A DNA stretch of 64,000 nt from Mytilus edulis (lineage: Eukaryota), in NCBI RefSeq assembly GCF_963676685.1, contig NC_092354.1, positions 77,500,001 through 77,564,000 of the forward strand, written 5' to 3'. Both the position numbers and the translations under genes were made by a program. Shown here one piece after another: positions 1-11,300 of this stretch. Below the pieces are notes generated by a model. It was not told where the DNA came from. It did no database searches and was given only the letters and a program-made list of their open reading frames with translations. Position 1 is the first letter of the stretch; every line of letters starts with the position of its first letter.

Positions 1-489
1 ATTGTTACCGACAAACGTTCACCTAATCTGTCCCAGTCAATGGGATAATTTAGGTCGTCAATCAATGGCCAGGACCACACTGTTTTGAATATGATTCTAT
101 ATTGAAATGCTATTATTGATTTTTTTTTTTTTTTTTTTGAAATTCTATTATTGTTTTTTTTTTTTTTTGTTTTTTTTTTTGTTTTTTTTTTTTTAGTCTG
201 TATCTTGGGGGAGCGGATCCTTTTTCCTAATTTGTTTCAAATAGTGTAGGCGAATTGTACGCATTGAGTCATCCTCTAAAACGATCTCTAGTATATATGG
301 AAATCTTTCTATGGTCTTTTGATAGTCTCGTGTGGTACATTTGAAATGAAAGAGTTCCAGAATGACACAAATATAGATATAAGAAGATGCGGTATGAGTG
401 CCAATGAGACAAATCTCCATCCAAGTCACAATTTTAAAAAGAAAAACCAATATGTATGTATATGTGGTATGCAAACAAACTTATAAATA

Positions 490-685
490 AGGCCGTATTT
501 TTCTCGTTTAAATTGTTTAAATACATTTGTCATTTCGGGGCCTTTTATAGCTGATTATGCAGTTTTGGCTTTTCTCATTGTTGAAGGCCGTACGGTGACC
601 TATAGTTGTTAATTTCTGTGTCATGTGGTCTCTAGTGGAGAGTTAGTTGTCTCATTGGAAATTATACCACATCTTCTTTTTTTAT
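490..685 (+). mobile_element. SINE/LINE 3'-tail repeat (tail of the Nin-domain SINE family), representative copy
   Basis: The block ...ttgctcattgttgaaggccgtacggtgacctatagttgttaat...gtctcattggcaatcataccacatcttcttttt recurs at about 1282, 2790, 4070, 9020 and 28040 (+), at about 44610, 45870, 52355 and 59425 (-), and in degenerate form at 36300 and 39180. Confidence 0.8.
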
Positions 686-708
686 ATCTGATTGTGTTTT
701 CCATGTAG

Positions 709-2667
709 ACTGAATGCAGGCAACAGACAGAAAACGTACTCAGCAGAAATGCAAACAAGATACACGGAACAAGAAACGAATCTCGAAAATCAACCGTAAG
801 AGTTGTTATATAATATATAATAATTATAATTTGTGTTCTTATATATATAATTATTATAATTTGTCCTTATATATATAATTATTATAATTTGTCCATTTAG
901 CCATCCTTTCAAATTTTCTACATTTCATGTTGTTTTAAGATATGACATACAAATATAATAATAGAATTAACAACGGGAACTTTTTTTTACTGACGTGAAT
1001 GGAAATGTATGCCGGAAAATTAACAGAAAGACCAAGAATTCCAAGACAAACAATAAACAGTATGGGTATAATGAAAAACAGCAAAACGACAAGAAAACTA
1101 ATAACAAAACTCTACACAGAAACTGAAGACTGCAGGTGCGGTCATGTGATCCAGAAGGTTGATCAGTTTCTGTTCCATTTCATGTAGTCAGAGAATACTC
1201 TGACGTCCAATGGCTGTTTTGAAAGACACCAGTCGTGTTAAAATACATAACCTAACCCTAACCCTTCATTTTTGTACACGAATAAGGCCGTTAGTTTTCT
1301 TTTTTGAATTGTTTTACATCATTTCGGGGCCTTTAATAGCTGACTATGAGGTTTTGGCTTAGCTCATTGTTGAAGGCCGTAAGGTGACCTATAGTTGTTA
1401 ATTTCTGTGTCATTTTAGTCTCTCGTAGAGAGTGGTCTCATTGGCAATCATACCACATCTTCTTTTTTATATACAGCAAAATGGATAAATGAAAAAATAA
1501 AAAAAACTAGAATGTGTCTATAGTACACGGATGCCCCACTCGAACTATTATTTTCTATGTTCAGTGGACCGTGAAGTTGGGATGAAATCTCTACTTTGGC
1601 ATTAAAAATTAGAAAGATCATATCAAAGGGAACATGTGTACTACGTTTCAAGTTGATTGGACTTCAACTTCATCAAAGACTACCTTGATCAAAACGTGTT
1701 TAACCTGAACAGGACAGACGGACAAACGAACGAACAGACTCACAGATCAGAAATCCTTGATAATGCCTCTCTACTATCGTAGGTGGGGCATAAAAATAAC
1801 ACAAAATCATACACAGAAACTGAAGAATGGAGGTGTGCTCATGAGCTCCGGAAAGTTAATCATGTTAATTTGTTCCAATCCATGTAAAACCAGTCGCGTT
1901 AACGTTAGAAAACGTATTATAACACACACATTATATATATATAACTATTGTATTGTATTCTTTTGATTGTATTTGCAGACATGTTTATAAAGTATGGTCA
2001 CAAGATAGATCGTTGAGAAAGTTTATAACTGCATTCGATTTGATCGACTTAAAACAAAAAGGTAATTAATTATGATGTTATTGAATCTATTTTGTATTTT
2101 TCCCTCACAAAACTCACACTTTTATTTTATCTAATGTACAGAGGATAGGACACTTGGCCCTCTGAATTATTTTATCCTTTATCTTTATCTAAGTTCTTCA
2201 ATCTTTATAACGTTTATCCAAGGCGTGTATTAGGTTCATTTTCAAAAAATTTGAATGTGATTACATCAATGAAGCGAAACTAATATTATGGGGACAATGT
2301 CAGAACGGGGCCGGTCAGAACCACAACCAACAAAGGCTGAAAGAATATCAAATATGAATGTGTTTCAGAAATTTCATGATAAACACTAATTCAAATATGC
2401 ATGAAAATACAAATTTTTGAATTCAGAAAAAAAGTACCCATGATTATAAACGAATTTACCAAGTTTTGTAAACTATTTAACCAATTTCGTGTTTTATTTG
2501 CAGCTAGTAAAGTGTTTGATGTAACACATGCCTACATAGTTCTAGAGGATGACGGGACAGAGATAGATGATACTACAGCATTAGAGGCCTGTAAAGACAA
2601 AACACTACAGGTCCTGTCAAAACACCAGTCATGGACGCGAAACTCTTACTCCTCAAATGGAAGCGAG
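709..2667 (+). CDS. CIDE-N (CAD/DFF-type) domain protein, 3' exons of a gene starting upstream of the window
   Basis: Exons 709-795 (tag|...CC|gtaag), 1979-2061 (cag|...G|gtaat) and 2504-about 2667 (cag|...GAG|gttatg) splice in phase to ...ENQPHVYKVWSQDRSLRKFITAFDLIDLKQKASKVFDVTHAYIVLEDDGTEIDDTTALEACKDKTLQVLSKHQSW. This matches the CIDE-N pattern (DRSxRK...LVLEEDGTEVDD...W). The last exon and stop are uncertain. Confidence 0.75.
1505..1796 (-). mobile_element. Short pearl/CvA-like HINE (Helentron-associated non-autonomous element)
   Basis: Core agtacacggatgcccca...ttttctatgttcagtggacc, (GACG/GAAC)n microsatellite, terminal hairpin ataatgcc...ggggcataaaaa, A/T-run flanks. Related copies at 11863-12168, 44048-44175 (partial) and inside both Helitrons. 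Confidence 0.65.
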
Positions 2668-3404
2668 GTTATGCTCGATTTAAGAGGTGGTGACAATTCA
2701 AGTACTTGTGGAACAATTAAAAGCTTTCGTTTATAAAATATCATCAATCATGAAAATGAAAATTAATTTCACAGTAAGCATTCACTTTTCGGTTTGAATG
2801 GTTTTACACTAGTCCTTTTTGGAACCCTTTATAACTTGTTATTCGTTGTGACGCCAGGCTCCGTGTTGAAGGCCGAACATTGAACTATAATGGTGACTTG
2901 GATGGAGAGTTCTCTCATTGGCACTCATACCACATCTTCTTTTATCTTTAGAGTAGACAACAACGACAAATGTTCATTGCGATTGGCTCTTTCTTATGTT
3001 TATGTTTACTGTATGAACCTAGCAATAACTGACAGATATCATCAGGAGAAGCATTATTTGTCTATTTATCTCATATGTTATAGTAGTCTCAGATCTAATA
3101 TGTTGATTAGTTGATGTTTTCAAATTGTTATATATCAGCTGGTCTGAATATATGCGTTGTAATCACACATTATTATGTATGCAAGCAATTCATTGTAAAA
3201 AAATCTCATAATTTTATGTATTTGTTCATATTTTTAAATAAATATAAATATCATCTACCTTTTCTATTTGTTATAATTATACATGTACATGTATGTGTAA
3301 GAGAGAGTGTTGCTGGTAGATCTTTGACAGTTTACTTTTAATTTATTCAAAACTGATTTTAACAATATACTGCTGTATGCTATCAAAATATACACCATTG
3401 TCCA

Positions 3405-3640
3405 AAGCTAGGTGAGCATTTAGCACTCACAGGTTGCTTTGGGGACCTCGGTTGGTCAAAGTTGTCCCCCACTTTGACCTGGAGATCAATCTTCTGATAT
3501 CTCTCTGGTTTGTCTGTTTCCACCGAGTGGCCCGGTGGTTCTCTCCGAGTACTTCGGCTTCCACCACCATAATAACAGACTGACCGGTGTCCTAGCACTC
3601 CCTTTCAGTATTGGGTGGGGATTGATTGTCCTTGTAAAAA
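3405..3640 (+). mobile_element. Degenerate SINE with a V/Meta-type core
   Basis: ccggtggttctctccgagtacttcggcttccaccacc resembles the conserved cggtggttttctccgggtactccggtttcc SINE core. Hairpin ggtcaaagt...actttgacc in the head. Confidence 0.4.
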
Positions 3641-3813
3641 ATAATTGTATAAATATATATACGTTAGGGACACATCTCCATTAATCCCGATTGGGAGTGT
3701 ACATGGATGCCACTGTACCCTCGCAGCTTTCGAGGGGTTCTTCGGATATCGGAGGCATTTACCAGTACATACATACTCACAAACATGTTTGAATCCATTA
3801 CATTCTGTTCATT

Positions 3814-3934
3814 CTTTCCAAACCAGGAGACGGTATTTCATTGGTGGTTATTGCTTTCCAAACCAGGAGACGATATTTCATTGGTGGTTATTGCTTTCCA
3901 AACCAGGAGACGATATTTCATTGGTGGTTATTGC
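3814..3934. repeat. 40-bp tandem repeat, 3 copies
   Basis: Unit ttccaaaccaggagacgatatttcattggtggttattgct. Confidence 0.9.
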
Positions 3935-5274
3935 TGTCAGCCTATTGATAATTGTTTTCCATTTAATGATGTCAACCTAATTCAAGTCCTGACGTTTGAC
4001 TTTTGAAGTTGTACACATTTTGACAACCTGAAATCTTTTACTGTTGTACTTTTACTATTACTTATGAACTTTATAGCTGACTATGTGGTATGGGCTTTGC
4101 TCATTGTTGAAGGCCGTATGGTGACCTATAGTTGTTAATGTCTGTATCATTTTGGTCTCTTGTGGACAGTTGTCTCATTGGCAATCATACCACATCTTCT
4201 TTTTTATATGTCTTAAATTGTCTTCGTTAAAACTTATTTTTTAAATAATTGACATGATAAATTAGGTGACCGAGCTTCTAGTTTATACATTAAGTAAGTG
4301 AACTGAAACTATGGCTTCAATTCAAACAAACAACATTAATGTAGACTGGTAGTTTGGGATGTTTCTTTATTGATAGGACTGTCCTTCTGGTATCTTTCGC
4401 CCCTCTTTTGTTGAAAGGTTCTTTTGATTTTCTCTTTATTGTGGAGTCGAATACACTTGTCCTAAATTTAATGCTTTTGTGTATTGTGTTGTTTTCCGTA
4501 TTCTAATCTTGGTCTCAAGTATATCTGATCAAAGTTATTAACGAAAAAAAGGGGCATGAAGACAGTTAAATTTTGTAACATTGAAACAGGATGCATATAG
4601 ACAACATTCAATTCTGTTGCATTTCCGTCAAAAACTTTGTGGACATCATTTGTGTGGTTAGTGGCATTGTAATTCTGTTACTTTGTTTAGCGAATGGTTA
4701 AACAAATATAATGCTGTATTGAACGATTTATTTGACAATTTAATTCTAATACAGCACTACTGTTATAAAGGAATTGTGACTACGTACCTTTGGAACAAAC
4801 ATTATTTCTAGTTTATCCTGCATAATAACGACTATGAAGACGCTTGATGAACTTTAATAGTGCAGGGAAACAGGCGAGACCCTCTATATAAAAAAATGAT
4901 GTCATCAAGGTCACACATATTTAAAGAACTTTTCCAGTGAAGCACATATAAACTGGAAAGTGGTCTACTCATTGTACATTTTTATTTTATCTAGACATGT
5001 ATTTAGAAATTGTCTAATAATCATCACCATGATTAAATAAACACCCTTTGCATCCCCATCTGAATTCGCCACAGGTTAATTGGATCACAACATTTGAGTC
5101 ACAATTACATCGTTGACTTCTGGATATCTTCAACAACTTTCCATGGTTCAAGGCTGATTTGAATGGTCAATTCAGTACACAAGATATTATAGCTTTTCAT
5201 CATACAAGTAATGTCCAATATGTTCACAACAGTCTATAATTTTGATTTAAAATCATAGAGCTGTCCTGTACTAA

Positions 5275-5378
5275 TCACAACAGTTCATTTACAATTACAT
5301 CAACAGCTTCCTGGAAATTGTCAACAACTTTATATGGTGGAGGGCTGATTTTGTCTTCATCTCCAATTCTATACTTTC
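5275..5378 (-). CDS. HDHD2: HDHD2 exon 7 (stop)
   Basis: [33 protein letters not shown]; acceptor TTTTAATTCAG. Confidence 0.9.
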
Positions 5379-8300
5379 CTGAATTAAAAAAAAAACAGGT
5401 GCTCCGCAGGGCGCAGCTTTATACGACCGCAGAGGTCGAACCCTGAACAGTTGGGGCAAGTATGGACAAAACATTCAAGTGTGATACAGCTCTGAATTTG
5501 GATTGTGATCAAATTTTTGACATTACATGGGTTTTTCTTACACAAAACAAATGTCAAGATTTTACAAATCAATTAAAGATTTCTTCTTCAAACTTTTTAA
5601 ATCTAAAATTAAATAGTTGACACAGCATAGGTTTCTGACACAGAATGAATGTGGTCTAATGAACTTAAAAGTTTTTTTTGCCTTTGAGCAATTCACTATG
5701 CTGTTGAATATTAATCCTCTCAAAAAAATGTTTGAAGAAATTTTCTTTTTATTTATGAAATCTGAAATGAGAAAAATTTAACCCCCCCTTTTTTTTCACA
5801 TCCCCGTTTCCCTTTTTCCAAAACTGATATCAATTTAAATTTCTAATGGAGTTTGCAACAATAACTACTCTTTTAAATACATCATAAAATATTAAAATGT
5901 AAAATAAAGTGCTTGTTATCACTGAATGGTAAAGATTGGTTGGTAGTAAAAGTGAATATACATTGTTTATTGTATAAAACAATAAAAAAAACTTTATCAG
6001 CAACATTTTATATTGGCAAATTTCCAATGAAGTTATTTACATAAAGTTATTGGCAAATAAAAATAGAAAATGACATCATAGTCATGTCTGGCAAATGTCT
6101 AACATACATTATCTAAAAACATTTTAGATAAGATAGGGAAAAAAAGCTTCATCAGCAACATTTTATATTGGCAAATTTCCAATGAATTTATTTACATAAA
6201 GTTATTGGCAAATAAACATAGAAAATGACATCATAGTCATGTCTGGCAAATTTCCAACATATATTATCAACTACTATTCTTTAAGTTTAATTTTGGACCC
6301 TTTGGACCTTAATGTAGACCAATTTGAAAACTGGACCAAAATTTAAGAATCTACATACATAGTTAGATTCGGCATATCAAAGAACCCCAATTATTCAATT
6401 TTTGATGAAATCACACAAAGTTCAATTTTGGACCCTTTGGGCCCCTTAGTCCTAAACTGTTAGGACCAAAACTCCCAAAATCAAACCCAACCTTCCTTAT
6501 ATGGTCATAAACCTTGTGTTTAAATTTCATAGATTTCTATATACTTATACTAAAGATATGGTGCAAAAACCAAGAATAATGCTTATTTGGGCCCTTTTTT
6601 GGCCCTTAATATCTAAACTGTTGGAAAAAAAACTCCCAAAATCAATCACAAACTTCCTTTTGTGGTCATAAACCTTGTGTCAAAATTTCATAGATTTCTA
6701 TTCACTTAAACTAAAGTTATAACTAGTGCGAAAACCAAGAAAATGCTTATTTGGGCCCTTTTTGGCCCCTAATTCCTAAAATGTTGGGACCAAAACTCCC
6801 AAAATCAATCCCAACTTTCCTTTTGTGGTCATAAACATTGTGTTAAAATTTCATTGATTTCTATTCACTTTTACTAAAGTTAGAGTGCGAAAACTAAAAG
6901 TATTTGGACAACGACGACGACGCAGGACGACGACGCCAACGTGATAGCAATGTGTGGTCATAAACCTTGTGTTAAAATTTCATTGATTTCTATTTAATTA
7001 TACTAAAGTTATTGTGTGAAAACCAAGAATAATGCTTATTTGGGCCCTTTTTTGGCCCTTAATTCCTAAACTGTTGGAACCAAAACTCCCAAAATCAATC
7101 ACAACCTTCCTTTTGTGGTCATAAACCTTGTGTCAAAACTTCATTCATTTCTATTAACTTATACTAAAGTTATTGTGCGAAAACCAAGAAAAATGCTTAT
7201 TTGGGCCCTTTTTTGGCCCTTAATTCCTAAACTGTTGGAACCAAAACTCCCAAAATCTATCACAAAAGAGGGACGAAAGATACCAAAGGGACAGTCAAAC
7301 TCATAAATCTAAAACAAACTGACAACGCCATGGTTAAAAATAAAAAAGACAAACAGAAAAACAATAGTACACACGACACAACATAGAAAACTAAAGAATA
7401 AACAACACGAACCCCACCAAAAACTAGGGGTGATCTCAGGTGCTCCGGAAGGGTAAGCAGATCCTGCTCCACATGTGGCACCCGTCGTGTTGCTTAAGTG
7501 ATTACAAATCCGGTAAATAGTCTAATTCGGTAGGTCATATTCATGAAAGGGAAGGGGATTGTAGTTACGACGTAAGGAACATATCCGATATCATTTGTGA
7601 AACGGTTATTCCATAACGGTCAACCAACTCGTGATGGCGTCCGTAAAATTTACGAAGGGATGATTTCAACTTCACCATTTGGAACTCTTGGTTTAATAGC
7701 TTCCTTGTGAGCAGCAAACCTCTATCAAGAAAACCATGATAGGAAATGCAAGCACAACCTTCCTTTTGTGGTCATAAACCTTGTGTCAAAATTTCATAGA
7801 TTTCTATTCACTTAAACTAAAGTTATAACTAGTGCGAAAACCAAGAAAATGCTTATTTGGGCCCTTTTTGGCCCCTAATTCCTAAAATGTTGGGACCAAA
7901 ACTCCCAAAATCAATCCCAACTTTCCTTTTGTGGTCATAAACCTTGTGTTGAAATTTCATTGATTTCTATTCACTTTTACTAAACATTTCTAAAGTTAGA
8001 GTGTGAAAACTAAAAGTATTTGGACAACGACGACGACGCAGGACAACAACGCCAACGTGATAGCAATATGTGGTCATAAACCTTGTGTTAAAATTTCATT
8101 GATTTCTATTTACTTATACTAAAGTTATTGTGCGAAAACCAAGAATAATGCTTATTTGGGCCCTTTTTTGGCCCTTAATTCCTAAACTGTTGGAACCAAA
8201 ACTTCCAAAATCAATCCCAACCTTCCTTTTGTGGTCATAAACCTTGTGTCAAAATTTCATAGATTTCTATTCACTTAAACTAAAGTTATAGTGCGAAAAC

Positions 8301-11300
8301 CAAGAAAATGCTTATTTGGGCCCTTTTTGGCCCCTAATTCCTAAAATGTTGGGACCAAAACTCCCAAAATCAATCCCAACTTTCCTTTTGTGGTCATAAA
8401 CCTTGTGTTAAAATTTCATTGATTTCTATTCTCTTTTACTAAAGTTAGAGTGCGAAAACTAAAAGTATTCGGAAAACGACGACGACGCAGGACGACGACG
8501 CCAACGTAATAGCAATATACGACCAAAAAATTAAAATTTTTGCGGTCGTATAAAAATAATACATGTAAAACAACAGTTAATCGTTTCTCTTTATACGTAG
8601 ATATCTTATACTGTTTTTTTAAACAAATTACCAAAAGGAAAATTTGGTTTCAATTGGGCCAGTAATGTCAATTGATGACAGAAAATGAACAACAAAAACA
8701 ATATTAGAAACAGCAGAAAAGCAGCAGAACAGCACTTTTAATGTTGGTCTTCATCTTGTGATGTCCGAGGCAATGAAAATGGATAAAACACAGTTAAACA
8801 CACACTGCTCACAAAATAATGTAATATTGACAATAGCACCAGTTTAGACATAATTACTAGCAAACTACATATTATATTTCAGCATCGAGGAACAAAGAGA
8901 ACACCAGTGATTAGTATAACCTGCTCTTACAATAATACCTAGCCTACAACCTGTTCCAAGCAGAATTCCAAGCATATCACACTTGAATTTTACCTGTTGT
9001 AATAAGAATTCATAGCATATCAGACTATGCGCTATGGGCTTTGCTCATTGTTGAAGACCGTACAGTTACCTTTAGTGTTAGCTTCTGTGTCATTTTGGTC
9101 TCTTGTAGAGAGTTGTCTCATTGGCAATCATACCACATCTTCTCTTTTATATATTCCCTGTTTAAACAGAAATCTCTAGCACTCAAATAATCAGTTTTAC
9201 CTGTTCTAACTAGTATTCCTAGCAAACCAGTGTATTGTACAACCTGTTTTAACCCAATTTCCTAGCAACCCCATAACTTTTCAAAATGCCCATGGGAGTT
9301 TTGCATCCAAGTTGGCTGTCATAGTCCTTAAAAACCTTCAAGGGGGCCTTCAAATACATTTTAATGTTGTTTTTTTTTGGCTTCTCCATACTTTTAAATG
9401 CTTTAAGTTATTGTAAAACTAATGTTTTTGTTGAAATTGTGGACAAAATTGCTCTTTCAAAATTTCAATTTGGGAGCCACCATGGGGGAAATCCCCTGCA
9501 AATAGTGAAAGTTGGCAGATATGCATCCCAGGCTTGTATGACTTCAGTATTACCTGTTCTAACTAGAATTCCCAACATACCAGTCTTTTGAGCACCACCA
9601 ATGTCATCTCTCACATCCTGAAATTTCAAAATGTATAAATTATGTTTCTTTAATCATTTTTTCAAAATAATAATGTAATTTATTTTTTTTAGTTTTCTTC
9701 AGCAAAACAATGTTGATATTGATTCACTGTAATAAAGGGCAGGATTAACATTGATTCACTGTAATAAAGGGCAGGAGTAACATTGTATCACTGTAATAAA
9801 GGGCAGGATTAACATTGATTCACTGTAATAAAGGGCAGGATTAACATTGATTCACTGTTATAAAGGGCAGGATTAACATTGATCCACTGTAATAAAGGGC
9901 AGGATTAACATTGATTCACTGTAATAAAGGGCAGGATTAACATTGATTCACTGTAACATAGGGCAGGATTAACATTGATTCACTGTTATAAAGGGCAGGA
10001 TTAACATTGATTCACTGTAATAAAGGGCAGGATTAACATTGTATCACTGTAATAAAGGGCAGGATTAACATTGATTCACTGTAATAAAGGGCAGGATTAA
10101 CATTGATTCACTGTAATAAAGGGCAGGATTAACATTGATTCACTGTAATAAAGGGGCAGGATTAACATTGATTCACTGTAATAAAGGGCAGGATTAACAT
10201 TGATTCACTGTTATAAAGGGCAATATTAACATTGATTCACTGTAATAAAGGGCAGGAGTAACATTGTATCACTGTAATAAAGGGCAGGATTAACATTGAT
10301 TCACTGTAATAAAGGGCAGGATTAACATTGATTCACTGTAATAAAGGGCAGGATTAACATTGATTCACTGTAATAAAGGGGCAGGATTAACATTGATTCA
10401 CTGTAATAAAGGGCAGGATTAACATTGATTCACTGTAATAAAGGGCAGGATTAACATTGATTCACTGTAATAAAGTGGCAGGATTAACATTGATTCACTG
10501 TAATAAAGGGCAGGATTAACATTGATTCACTGTAATAAAGGGCAGGATTAACATTGATTCGCTGTAATAAAGGGCAGGAGTAACATCACTGTTATAAAGG
10601 GCAGGAGTAACATTGATTCACTCTAATAAAGGGCAGGAGTAACATTGATTCACTGTAATAAAGGGCAGGAGTAACATTGATTCACTGTAATAAAGGGCAG
10701 GAGTAACATTGATTCACTGTAATAAAGGGCAGGAGTAACATTGATTCACTGTTATAAAGGGCAGGAGTAACATTGATTCACTGTTATAAAGGGCAGGATT
10801 AACATTGATTCACTGTAATAAAGGGCAGGATTAACATTGTATCACTGTTATAAAGGGCAGGATTAACATTGATTCACTGTAATAAAGGGCAGGATTAACA
10901 TTGATTCACTGTAATCAAGGGCAGGATTAACATTGATTTATACAAAATTCATACAAAGTTTGTCTTAATTTCAAATAAGAAAAAATGTTGAAAGTATCAA
11001 TTTAACTTAAAAGTAACAAGGCAACATCATTGGTGGTATTACCTCTACTAGAAAACAAAAAAACAAAGAAACACAACTGTTGTAAAATATGAAATAATGT
11101 TTGGAAATCATGCTGATATGATTTTTGTCTTGTGTTTTCTGTTGACACCCTTTTTACCTCGCCAAAAAACAATAATTAAACAAAAAAGGAAACAAACCAC
11201 ACAGTTCTTTCTTTAACCAATGAATTTAAAACAGACATTTCATTGTGTAAATGCTATTAATTCTATTCCATGTATCCATTACTATGGTACCCTGTACACC

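Noticed and set aside
120-194. Long poly-T tracts (also the poly-A at 51345-51376)
   Set aside because: Low-complexity homopolymers with no assignable function.
7260-7481. [21 protein letters not shown]... (also 41453-41758 and 41386-41601) as a duplicated small gene
   Set aside because: It lies in the non-coding tail of a high-copy retroelement; a spurious ORF.
9719-10938. 32-bp repeats as a CRISPR array
   Set aside because: Units are contiguous with no unique spacers, there are no cas genes, and the context is a eukaryotic intron.
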